Below, piece by piece: positions 55,543-64,000 of a stretch of DNA of 64,000 nucleotides. This DNA comes from Promethearchaeota archaeon (GTDB taxonomy: Archaea > Asgardarchaeota > Lokiarchaeia > Sigyniarchaeales > SOKP01): assembly GCA_016839765.1 (NCBI GenBank), contig JAEOTP010000068.1, forward strand, positions 1 through 64,000, in the 5' to 3' direction. Numbering within the stretch: position 1 is the stretch's first letter; every line of letters begins with the position of its first letter. A program made the translations under genes and the position numbers. The notes beneath the pieces were generated by a model. It did no database searches. It was not told the origin of the DNA and saw only the letters and a list, made by a program, of their open reading frames with translations.

Positions 55543-57282
55543 CTAAAATTCTCCAAATAATCCCTTATTCTTTTTATATAATCCTAAGAATTTTCCAACT
55601 GGAGGTGATTCAAATGCAATACTAACATCAATTACCGCTGGTTTTTTCGACTCCATTGCTCTTTTTATTGCAGGTTTAATATCCTCTGGCTTTTCTACTT
55701 TTTCACCATAACAACCAAAAGATTTTGCTATTTCAGCATAATTAATTGGAGGAAAATCAACATCACAATATCGCTTCTGGAGATTATTTTTTTGATAAGT
55801 TTTGAGCATACCCCAAGCACAATTATTTCCAATTATTATGATTATAGGTAAATTCAATCTAACTGCAGTTTCTAATTCTTGAATATTAAATAAGAAGCTA
55901 CCATCTCCATTAATACACACAACAGGTTTATCTGGTTTAGCTAATTTTACAGCAATCGAATAGCACACACCTACACCCAGATGCCCCATACCTATTGAAG
56001 TAAATGTACTCCGCGGATATCTTTGAAAATTAGATAAAAGGCCATAACTGAAAATAGCGATATCTCCACCATCAATGACTAGCTGTGTTTCTGGTGGAAT
56101 GTATTCAAGTATTTCAACAACAAATCTCTCAGGTTTCATTGGTATTTTATTAGACTTTAGAAGGCTCTGAATAATGTTTTTATCATTCTCTCGAGCAGCT
56201 TGCAAATATTCATTCCATTCATTCCATTCAGATATTTTTTCTTTTGGAAGTTTTTCTTCCATATGGTTAAGAAATTGAATTAAAACTGCCTTTGCATCAC
56301 CTATAATTCCTACATCAACTGATCTATTTTTTCCAATTTCCTTAGGATCAATATCAACCTGTATAATCTTCTGATCTTGATTCCATAATGGAGGGGTGCC
56401 ATATAGAGTGGTATAATCCCATTTGCATCCGATAGATATTACCACGTCTGCTTCCGAGGCTGCTCTACGAAATGCATTCGATAAGGGATAAGATCCTGCA
56501 TAAGTTTTTTGATCACAACTTATTGCTCCAATACTCAAAACCGTAGTTAGCGCTGGAATATTATAAGCTATTGATAATTTTATTAAATCTTCTGAAGCTT
56601 CAGAGGCTATAGTTCCGCCTCCAGAAATAATTATTGGTTTTTTAGCGCTTTTCAGAATTTCTAGGGCATTATTTATTAAATAAGGATCTCCATAAGGTCT
56701 GTTTACTGGTCGATATTTTTCCGGGTTCAAAATCTTTGTGAAAAGTTCTTCTTTTGCTGTTCTAACTAGAGCAGTCTCTCTTAATTCAAGATATACAGGG
56801 CCTCTTCTTCCCGACATAGCTGCTTTCATACATCTTTGTACTGCAAATGGAATTTCATATGGATGCTCAACAGATATTTGTAATTTAGTAATTGGTTTCA
56901 TCAAACCCATTTGATCTAATCCCCCTTGCATTATTCCTGTATCATCAAACATTCGTGCAATTTGAGCGCCAATAATTAACATTGGTATTGAATCGGCATT
57001 TGCAGCTGCAACCGCAGGTATAAGATGTGAGACTCCGGGTCCTGCGGTACCAAAACATACTCCTATTTCCCCTGTTGTTCTTGCCCAAGCATCTGCCATA
57101 TGTCCTCCTGCCTGTTCATGGCGGACCATGACAGTATTAATTCCCTCTTCGCGTCCCCATCTTTCGATGGCATCATAAATTCGTGTTAACTCTCCACCAA
57201 CAATTCCAAACATTTTAGTAATGCCTTCATTTAAGAGGCACTTGACAAGTAAATCTCCACCATTTTTAAGTTGTTTAGACAT
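55543..57282 (-). CDS. Thiamine-diphosphate enzyme (acetolactate synthase large subunit / 2-hydroxyacyl-CoA lyase-like)
   Basis: VRHEQAGGHMADAWAR, TAGPG, GDGS...NN ThDP motif and IDGGD. No ilvN/ilvH in the window. Confidence 0.93.
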   Translation of the reverse strand: MSKQLKNGGDLLVKCLLNEGITKMFGIVGGELTRIYDAIERWGREEGINTVMVRHEQAGGHMADAWARTTGEIGVCFGTAGPGVSHLIPAVAAANADSIPMLIIGAQIARMFDDTGIMQGGLDQMGLMKPITKLQISVEHPYEIPFAVQRCMKAAMSGRRGPVYLELRETALVRTAKEELFTKILNPEKYRPVNRPYGDPYLINNALEILKSAKKPIIISGGGTIASEASEDLIKLSIAYNIPALTTVLSIGAISCDQKTYAGSYPLSNAFRRAASEADVVISIGCKWDYTTLYGTPPLWNQDQKIIQVDIDPKEIGKNRSVDVGIIGDAKAVLIQFLNHMEEKLPKEKISEWNEWNEYLQAARENDKNIIQSLLKSNKIPMKPERFVVEILEYIPPETQLVIDGGDIAIFSYGLLSNFQRYPRSTFTSIGMGHLGVGVCYSIAVKLAKPDKPVVCINGDGSFLFNIQELETAVRLNLPIIIIIGNNCAWGMLKTYQKNNLQKRYCDVDFPPINYAEIAKSFGCYGEKVEKPEDIKPAIKRAMESKKPAVIDVSIAFESPPVGKFLGLYKKNKGLFGEF

Positions 57283-57402
57283 ATGAAATGGTATTAAAAA
57301 TGAAAATTAAATTTTGTTAAAAAGGGGACTTTTTTACATTTTGATATAATTATTTCCCAATTTTCAAATCAGAAATTATTTTCAATTCTCAGTTTATATA
57401 GT

Positions 57403-58701
57403 CTATTTCACACTATCAGCAAAATCTAATTTGTCAATTGGATTTTCAAGGGGAAATTCTCCCTTAAGAATCTTCAATTTTAATTCTTCTGCTAATTTAA
57501 TGGCTCCATTTCTATCTGATTGCCTTAATACAATAGGAATATCCCTCTCTTCAAACTTGATTGTTTTCATGTCTAATTGAAATGCGTCTGGACAAACAGT
57601 AGTGCAGGCACCACAATTAAAACATCTAGCCCTATCAATTCCTTGAACAGTACCACCGTTCACAATGAAAGCATTTGTGGGACAGATATCTATAACTCTA
57701 CATTTTTCACATGTAATACAAGCTTCTGGATTGAACTTCATTAAGAAATTGTCTTGCCAAACATCCCCATAAGTAATTTCACCAATTTTTTCTCTACCTA
57801 CAAGACTTAAAATTTGTAAAGCAACATTATTATCTGACTTTACAATGTCATTGAATATAGCTTCATTTAAAATTGGGATTGGTAATGCAATACTACATAT
57901 CGGTTCCAAACCATAAGATGTCTTAAATGCGCCCATGTATTCAGGCTTCATCCCATTAAATGGGGCAATAGTCATCATATTTGGCTTTTTAATATAATTT
58001 CGTGTACCTGGCCCCATCAAATAACCAGTACTTCCATTTACTAATAGTGGTGTTCCAACCCCAAAAGTCTGAAAGTTTGGATCATTTTGAAAGGGATTTA
58101 ATGCTCCGCATCCAGAGAAAGTCATTTGGGTTCTATTTGGTTTAAATGGAAGCGCAGAAAATATTGTATTGACTTCATATGATTCACAATTTATCATTGC
58201 GTTATAATTTTTTATTGCTTGCCTAGTTCCCATTAATTTTGCAAACTGCATATCCTCTAATGTCATTGTTTTTTGAACTTTTTCACCCTCGCTACTCTTC
58301 GCAATAATTTCTACATCTTTACCTTCAACTAGTTCTCTGAAAAGTAATCCCCCACAATAATTATTTCTTGTCTGGCTCTGAGTAGTTCCATAAATGATTA
58401 GATCAACAATTCCTAAATACTCATTCGGGCATGGTCCTGGAAATGCTGGGATTCCATTCATATCTACTTCTGTGAATTTTCTTAGTGCTTTTGGTGGGGA
58501 AAGACGGAAAGAAAATACACCCATTATTCCGCTCATTAATCCCTTAGTTGCTGTTGTAATGACATCTACGTCTTCAAAATTTATATTTTCGCCATCACTC
58601 AAACGATCAATTAAGTTCTGGACGGTAATTATTATAACAGTTCTTTTCTCAATCTTTTTCTTTATTTCAGAAAGTGTCCTCTTTTTAGGCAATAGAAACA
58701 C
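57403..58701 (-). CDS. DUF39 (homocysteine-biosynthesis sulfur-incorporation family) plus 2x[4Fe-4S] ferredoxin; 'methanogenesis marker 16'-type metalloprotein
   Basis: VDVITTATKGLMSG, GPCPNEYLG, FSGCGALNPFQND, CITCEKC...CP and CFNCGACTTVCP, LRQSDR. Confidence 0.85.
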   Translation of the reverse strand: MFLLPKKRTLSEIKKKIEKRTVIIITVQNLIDRLSDGENINFEDVDVITTATKGLMSGIMGVFSFRLSPPKALRKFTEVDMNGIPAFPGPCPNEYLGIVDLIIYGTTQSQTRNNYCGGLLFRELVEGKDVEIIAKSSEGEKVQKTMTLEDMQFAKLMGTRQAIKNYNAMINCESYEVNTIFSALPFKPNRTQMTFSGCGALNPFQNDPNFQTFGVGTPLLVNGSTGYLMGPGTRNYIKKPNMMTIAPFNGMKPEYMGAFKTSYGLEPICSIALPIPILNEAIFNDIVKSDNNVALQILSLVGREKIGEITYGDVWQDNFLMKFNPEACITCEKCRVIDICPTNAFIVNGGTVQGIDRARCFNCGACTTVCPDAFQLDMKTIKFEERDIPIVLRQSDRNGAIKLAEELKLKILKGEFPLENPIDKLDFADSVK

Positions 58702-58828
58702 TCAAAAATATCAAATTTATAACTTGGTAAATATTCATTTATAATAAAATTTTTTTATTATACTAATGCTTACATTTCATAAAGAAATATTCTAAGATCT
58801 ATTAGTTTGAATTGAGGTTTTTCATTTA

Positions 58829-59563
58829 TTGTCATATTTTGAATCAAGATTAAAGATAAGTTTCGATAATTTAGAAGAAGTTAGACATATACTAACCTTT
58901 TGTGAAAAATTGGGTATAAAAAATTTAATTCTTGAACCAATAAATAATTCAAATAACCTTAAGGTTGAATTACTTAATAAAATTAAAAAAATTACAAAAA
59001 TAAATATATATTATCGCTTTAATTTAACCCCAAGCAGCTTAAATGATTTTAAGAAGACATTAAAAAAATATGATTCTTTTCCTCATATTTTAGGGGTAGA
59101 AACTCCTTATAAGGAGATTCAAATTCAAGCAGCAAAAGATTCTAGAATTGATATCTTATCATTTTCAAATGAAGAGATTATGAAGACAATCTCGATTGGA
59201 GTCATTTCATTAATTAAACAAAACAATTCGTTTATTGAATTTTCACTAGCTCCAATAATGATGAAATCTAAAGGAATTCAGTCAAAGAATTTCAGAAATT
59301 TGTATCGTTTTACTAAATTAGTATTAGATTTAAAACCAAACTATATCATTAGTGGAAATTTTAGTGAGTTATATCATTTTAGAAATCCAAGAAGTCTCTT
59401 AAGTATTTGCCACACATTATTAGGAATGTCTTTATATGAAGCAAAAAAAGGATTCAGGGATAATGTCCAATTATTATTAAAGCGTGTTAACCATCGTGTT
59501 AATAAAAATATATTCCAAGAAGGTGTTAAATTCATTAAAGGAGGAGGTAATGATTGTGAATAA
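58829..59563 (+). CDS. rnp3: Ribonuclease P protein component 3 (Rpp30)
   Basis: AAKDSRIDILS, FIEFSLAPI and IISGN..FRNPRSL; precedes Pop5. Confidence 0.85.
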   Translation: MSYFESRLKISFDNLEEVRHILTFCEKLGIKNLILEPINNSNNLKVELLNKIKKITKINIYYRFNLTPSSLNDFKKTLKKYDSFPHILGVETPYKEIQIQAAKDSRIDILSFSNEEIMKTISIGVISLIKQNNSFIEFSLAPIMMKSKGIQSKNFRNLYRFTKLVLDLKPNYIISGNFSELYHFRNPRSLLSICHTLLGMSLYEAKKGFRDNVQLLLKRVNHRVNKNIFQEGVKFIKGGGNDCE

Positions 59564-59903
59564 GGAGAGACAAAGATATATTCTATTCCGTATTTTTAGC
59601 GAAAACAAGAGCAAATTTGATCAAAATGAAATATTGAAAGCAATTTGGCAATCAATTTGGAGATACTTTGGTCTGAAGGAAGCTAACAAGACGGGATTAT
59701 GGTTAGTAGAACTTGATCTCGAGAAAGATTATGGAATAATAAGATGCTCTCATCAAACTAAAGAATTGGTAATTTCTGCTTTAACTCTCATAACAGAGAT
59801 ATCTAGTGAAAAAATGATATTTTCTCCTATCAAAACTTCTGGGACTATTAGATCGTTAGTTAAAGTAAAAGAAAAAATATTTAATAGAAAGAAGAATAGT
59901 TAA
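59556..59903 (+). CDS. rnp2: Ribonuclease P protein component 2 (Pop5)
   Basis: ERQRYILF, GIIRCSH and TSGTIR. GTG at 59556 lies 8 nt after GGAGGAGG. Confidence 0.9.
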   Translation: MNKERQRYILFRIFSENKSKFDQNEILKAIWQSIWRYFGLKEANKTGLWLVELDLEKDYGIIRCSHQTKELVISALTLITEISSEKMIFSPIKTSGTIRSLVKVKEKIFNRKKNS

Positions 59904-59925
59904 TTTTAGAAAATATTGGAAAAAG

Positions 59926-60357
59926 ATGAAAAAAGATAAATTAACTAACGCAGTTATCAAGGAAAATTTAGATCCATTTAAATTAAATCTAACTCAGTTA
60001 TTATCAGAAGTAAGAGATTCTCGAAATAGTCCTTATTTATTAATTATTCAATCAAATACAGAAAATTATGTAAAATTAACAATTTATCCAATAAAGCATC
60101 AGAAGATCATTAAATTAACTTTAAAAGGCGTTAACATTTTATATAAAGATATTGAAATCTTATCCAAAAGACTCCAAAAATATAATATAATTCACACTAC
60201 TGGATTAGTATCAAAAAGTAAAAATGTTATTTATGAATGTTACCTTGATTTACGAAAAATTGATACTAAATATAGTGAACTTGAAAAATCTTTAGAAAAA
60301 ATTAAAAGCATATTCAAAGATATAAAAATTGAGGAATTAAGTTTAAATCAAAGTTAA
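59926..60357 (+). CDS. Hypothetical protein (C-terminal ACT-like pattern)
   Basis: ORF in the same run as rnp3/rnp2; IIHTTGL..IYECYL. Confidence 0.65.
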   Translation: MKKDKLTNAVIKENLDPFKLNLTQLLSEVRDSRNSPYLLIIQSNTENYVKLTIYPIKHQKIIKLTLKGVNILYKDIEILSKRLQKYNIIHTTGLVSKSKNVIYECYLDLRKIDTKYSELEKSLEKIKSIFKDIKIEELSLNQS

Positions 60358-60369
60358 AATGTCATAAAA

Positions 60370-60819
60370 ATGAAAAGCTGGGAAATTACCTTAAAATACT
60401 CTGACGGTTCAGCTAAAAAACTAGATTTATTTGATGTTAAGAATTTATTCAATGGATATTTGAAAATTAAAAGAAGTTATTTTGACCGACTTTTAAAAGC
60501 AGTAAAGATAACTAAGAATTATTTTACGGGCAACGCTATTGAAATGATAATTTCCCCAGATAAAGATGATTGGACTTTTAATCCTTGGATGTTAGTCTTA
60601 ATACAGGATAATGAGAAGAAGAAACCATTTTGGCTGCTTATCAAAAGAGAGAGAGATCTTTCCGGGGAACTGGTTGCTATAGGGCCAAAAGGTTTTGCAG
60701 ATTATAATGATAGCAACAGTGACGAGGCTAGACGTGATCTTAAACGCTTAATGACTTATCTTGTTGTATATATTAATAAATTTGAATGTGGTGTGCTTTT
60801 ACCTAATTATTTATCATGA
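60370..60819 (+). CDS. Hypothetical protein
   Basis: 149-aa ORF 12 nt after the previous gene, normal composition. Confidence 0.7.
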   Translation: MKSWEITLKYSDGSAKKLDLFDVKNLFNGYLKIKRSYFDRLLKAVKITKNYFTGNAIEMIISPDKDDWTFNPWMLVLIQDNEKKKPFWLLIKRERDLSGELVAIGPKGFADYNDSNSDEARRDLKRLMTYLVVYINKFECGVLLPNYLS

Positions 60820-60964
60820 TTTAAGATACTGTTGAGTTTATAGAAATAGATGATTTTTAGAATTATCAAATTAATACTCAATTTTTTGAATATATTGAAA
60901 TAAGTATAAGAAACTTAAAATATCAAATTTAATTATCACCTTCATTAGTTGATAAATAGCTAAT

Positions 60965-61831
60965 TTGCATAAAATATCTGTAAGTGGCTTTAGAACTGTG
61001 AAAAGAATTGCGATTAAATTAATTATCCTAATGTTTATTACAAGTCTAACGGTTAGTTCCTATTTATTAGTTATAAATGGCTCTGGGGCAGATTTAGAAA
61101 TCAAACCCCTTTATGGGCAAGCTCCTGTAATAGATGGAGAAATTGATACATCTGAAAATGAATGGAACAAGGCAATAAAGGAACATCTAAATTTATATCC
61201 AAATGAATCCGCCCCAGAAAATCCATTACTAGTTGATTTATGGGTTATGCAGAATGGCTCAAATTTATATATCTCAATCCAATTTAGTTTTCTTCATAAT
61301 AGTTTTGAATTTGTGGGATTATTAATCTCTAGCAATCAATCTGAAAACCCAGAAGATTTTACAGATGCTAAAATCGTTCGATTTTCAAATATTAGTACCA
61401 ATGAATATACATATAAAGATTATTATTTAAATAATTCAATTTATGAGGAGGATACAAATTCAAATGGTAGTGGAGCTGGAAAAATAGAGGGAGAGGATGT
61501 TATTTATGAATTTGTCTTGCCTGTTGAATATAATGAAAGTGATCCTGAAGATGTCTTTTTAGAATACGGAACTGATGAAGAAAGTGGTCATATATTTAAA
61601 ATTATTATGGGAGATTCTACAGACCCTCCTTCTTATCCAGAGGATATAAGGATAAGTAATAATGTTTTAATTAAAATTACATACAATCCACTACCTACCG
61701 AGTTAACTCAAGAAGAACTTTTAATCTTAATTTTTTCCATTATTATTTTTGGTACTAGTGGAATGCTTTACGTATTTTATATCTATAGAATTGTAAAATT
61801 GAAGGAAAGAATTGAAAGAATAAGGACATAA
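60965..61831 (+). CDS. Secreted, C-terminally anchored protein with a DOMON/CBM9-like domain
   Basis: Signal/TM helix, APVIDGEID..EW, NLYISI, YEFVLP and a C-terminal TM. The start may be GTG at 60998. Confidence 0.7.
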   Translation: MHKISVSGFRTVKRIAIKLIILMFITSLTVSSYLLVINGSGADLEIKPLYGQAPVIDGEIDTSENEWNKAIKEHLNLYPNESAPENPLLVDLWVMQNGSNLYISIQFSFLHNSFEFVGLLISSNQSENPEDFTDAKIVRFSNISTNEYTYKDYYLNNSIYEEDTNSNGSGAGKIEGEDVIYEFVLPVEYNESDPEDVFLEYGTDEESGHIFKIIMGDSTDPPSYPEDIRISNNVLIKITYNPLPTELTQEELLILIFSIIIFGTSGMLYVFYIYRIVKLKERIERIRT

Positions 61832-61832
61832 T

Positions 61833-62246
61833 ATGCCAAAATTTAAAAAAGAGAAGAAAAGGGATAACCGTTCAAACAAAAAAGCATTTAACGAAGAATT
61901 CGCGTATAAGACAGTAATTAAGTCAGTTATTTTCGCAGGCTTTTTTTTTACTTTATCAATTCTCTTTAATATGGAGATAATAACATTTTTTGTAAATTTG
62001 GGTGAACTTTGGTTTATTATTGATATAATTATTAAACTGGTTGCAATTTTACTCTTTTTCTTTTTCATGGTAATAAGTATTGGCAATTATAAAGAATTAA
62101 CAGGAAGACCGTTAGATTTTAAGCTAATTCTTTTAATGTTTGTATTATCTCTCCTTCAAGCATTTCGAGACCCTATAGTTTTTACGTTTACCTTTTTTGG
62201 ACTTGCTATTATAATTATTTATATGTTCTTTGTCCAAGAAAGTTAA
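61833..62246 (+). CDS. Small 4-TM membrane protein
   Basis: Four hydrophobic segments; 1-nt gap from the previous gene. Confidence 0.75.
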   Translation: MPKFKKEKKRDNRSNKKAFNEEFAYKTVIKSVIFAGFFFTLSILFNMEIITFFVNLGELWFIIDIIIKLVAILLFFFFMVISIGNYKELTGRPLDFKLILLMFVLSLLQAFRDPIVFTFTFFGLAIIIIYMFFVQES

Positions 62247-62280
62247 ATTTGAAATCGAAATCTCATTATTGATTATAATA

Positions 62281-63024
62281 ATGAAGTCAAATTTTTTATT
62301 TGTGGGACACAGAGGAACGAGATTTCAGTTTGATGAAAACACTATAGAAGCATTTGAGATCGCATTAATCCATGGAGCAAATTATATTGAGTTTGATATT
62401 CGTGAATTAAAAGATGGAAATTTAATCATTATTCATGATTCTTCGTTAGAGAGAACAACAAACGGTTTTGGTTTAATTAAAGATTATAATTATTCAGAGA
62501 TAAGTAATCTAAATACAAGAAATAGAAATTGTAAAATACCTCTTTTACATGAGGTTTTGGAAAATTTTAGGAGTAAAACTAATTTTATAATCGAATTAAA
62601 AGAAGTAGATTCATGGCAGGAAGTTATAGATATTGTAATTAAAAAACAATTACTACTTAACACAATTTTTAGTGGAAGAAATTTAGTTATGTTAAAACGT
62701 TTGAAGACAAAGGCACCAGAAGCTCAAGTTTGTTATAATATTACTAAGGGACAAGGATTTACTTTGAAAAATTTTCTTGAAAATCGGGGCATGGATAAAT
62801 TAACTTTTATTCCAGACATAATTAGTCTTAGATCTAACTTAATTGAAAAAAAATTTATTAAAAAATGTCATAAGCATAATTTATTAGCATTAGCTTGGGA
62901 TTTCATTAATTACAAAAATCCCATCGAAAAAATCAAATATTTAATCGATTTAGGAATTGATGGTATATTATTTGATGATTATCGCAATATTGGATTTATA
63001 AAAGATTATTTATTGACCAGTTAA
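62281..63024 (+). CDS. Glycerophosphodiester phosphodiesterase (GDPD)
   Basis: GHRG, ENTIEAF, IEFDI, IIHD..LERTT, IELK and GIDGILFD. ATG 62281 is preferred over 62230. Confidence 0.93.
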   Translation: MKSNFLFVGHRGTRFQFDENTIEAFEIALIHGANYIEFDIRELKDGNLIIIHDSSLERTTNGFGLIKDYNYSEISNLNTRNRNCKIPLLHEVLENFRSKTNFIIELKEVDSWQEVIDIVIKKQLLLNTIFSGRNLVMLKRLKTKAPEAQVCYNITKGQGFTLKNFLENRGMDKLTFIPDIISLRSNLIEKKFIKKCHKHNLLALAWDFINYKNPIEKIKYLIDLGIDGILFDDYRNIGFIKDYLLTS

Positions 63025-64000
63025 TTGTTTTTTATGATAGATTTCCCTGATGGAAGAATCAATACTATCTCGTCTAAAGTTAATAATTTTATCCATTTCC
63101 TTAATTTCTTTTCAGATGTTTTTAAAAAATAAGATATTATTTCTTTTGCTAATGCTCCTTTTTGGAGTCCTGTATTAGAAGGTTTTATAATTAAAAAATT
63201 ACTATCTTCAGATTCGATTGCCCTTATTGGTCCAACCTTTATTTTCGGATAAAATTGATGATTTTCATCATTTGAAGTATCATGTAATTCAATTAATTCT
63301 AAACTAATAGCTAACTCTGTCTCAGCGTCTTTTATAAGGTTTTTTTTTCCTGAAATCATAAAAGAGCCTTTAGGTAGAAATTCACCTGAAGGAGGGGTTT
63401 TTGAAACTTGATTTGGCAACACAAAGAACACATCAACAACACCCCAATTTTCTTTCCATGCTCGAGAATAACTAGCAACGAATATTGCAGCCTCTTTTAT
63501 TGTATTTTGGGGAATATCTTTACCTTCCGGATTTTTTATGACTGTTAATGGGGAACCTGGAAAGTTTGTATGAAAAACTAAATCATTATCATCAACATAT
63601 TTCTTATATATTAATTCATTTGAATTAGCATCTCTCCCTCCAATAACAAGAAATTCTTCCGATGAAAAGAACCATCTAAATTTTTCAAACCACTTCTTCT
63701 TTGGTTTCTTAATTAAAACATCTACTTTTTCTTCGATTGCATCTCTTTTATCAAGTAATTGTTGTATAGTTTTTTTAGTTTTTTCAATTGCAGGGATGGT
63801 GCCTTTTATTTTTTTTTCAAACTTTTTTCCTTTAGTATAGAGCCTATTGGCATTCTCTCCTAGACTATAATTTAAATTTAAATATACTTCATTATCTTTT
63901 ATGTTAATTATTACTTGTTTTGTTGATGGTATAATTTTAATGAAGAATTGTAAACCTTCAATATTATCATTCTTGGCATTTAATAATTTTTCATTAATTT
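63021..64000 (-). CDS. rqcH: Ribosome quality-control factor Rqc2/RqcH (NFACT family), C-terminal part; 5' end outside the window
   Basis: Frame is open to the window edge: GENANRLYTKGKK, KWFEKFRWFFSSEEFLVIGGRDANSNE, YSRAW and VSKTPPSGEFLPKGSFMISGKKN. Confidence 0.93.
   Translation of the reverse strand, partial: INEKLLNAKNDNIEGLQFFIKIIPSTKQVIINIKDNEVYLNLNYSLGENANRLYTKGKKFEKKIKGTIPAIEKTKKTIQQLLDKRDAIEEKVDVLIKKPKKKWFEKFRWFFSSEEFLVIGGRDANSNELIYKKYVDDNDLVFHTNFPGSPLTVIKNPEGKDIPQNTIKEAAIFVASYSRAWKENWGVVDVFFVLPNQVSKTPPSGEFLPKGSFMISGKKNLIKDAETELAISLELIELHDTSNDENHQFYPKIKVGPIRAIESEDSNFLIIKPSNTGLQKGALAKEIISYFLKTSEKKLRKWIKLLTLDEIVLILPSGKSIIKNN

Noticed and set aside
59484-59555. Longer N-terminus for Pop5 as given in the ORF track
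   Set aside because: It overlaps rnp3 by 80 nt; the strong GGAGGAGG SD supports GTG 59556 instead.
5905-62086. Numerous 60-136-aa antisense ORFs rich in F/S/I/L (e.g. 8046-8336, 9695-11014, 16256-18191, 34924-35334, 39630-41918, 46663-47331, 61727-62086)
   Set aside because: They are reverse complements of E/K-rich real genes, fully nested in motif-supported CDSs, with no motifs of their own.
1-64000. Selenoprotein genes / SECIS elements
   Set aside because: I noticed no gene truncated at an in-frame TGA at a Cys-equivalent position, and the intergenic hairpins lack a convincing SECIS core.

Overview
A very AT-rich (roughly 27-30% GC by eye), gene-dense archaeal chromosomal segment. It is most consistent with an Asgard archaeon of the Lokiarchaeia/Promethearchaeota type. 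Archaeal information-processing genes (MCM, GINS, topoisomerase VI A/B, Smc-ScpA-ScpB, an Orc1/Cdc6 paralog, eL15, RNase P Rpp30/Pop5, Rqc2/NFACT) sit beside eukaryote-signature-like proteins (Rab-like GTPase, uDENN/longin protein, membrane-anchored HEAT solenoid). There is no CRISPR array, rRNA or intact transposase. The most striking locus is 35.7-43.4 kb, with four co-oriented genes. These are an Orc1/Cdc6 paralog with degenerate Walker A/B motifs, a 1482-aa Smc, a kleisin ScpA with an N-terminal SAP/HeH-like domain, and ScpB. The Smc has intact ATPase heads but no recognisable hinge or zinc hook, and its arms are built from tandem ~90/97-aa modules. Two RNA genes were read directly from the DNA: a tRNA-Ala(CGC) with a 28-nt intron at a non-canonical position, and a C/D-box sRNA whose D guide predicts 23S Gm2251. 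Other points are an SDR gene whose Rossmann motif lies upstream of any ATG/GTG/TTG start, a transglutaminase-like surface protein lacking catalytic residues, a VWA protein carrying an AAA+ lid copy, an enlarged Top6B, and a ~9.5-kb block between rpl15e and rnp3. All functional calls come from motif recognition by eye, not database searches.
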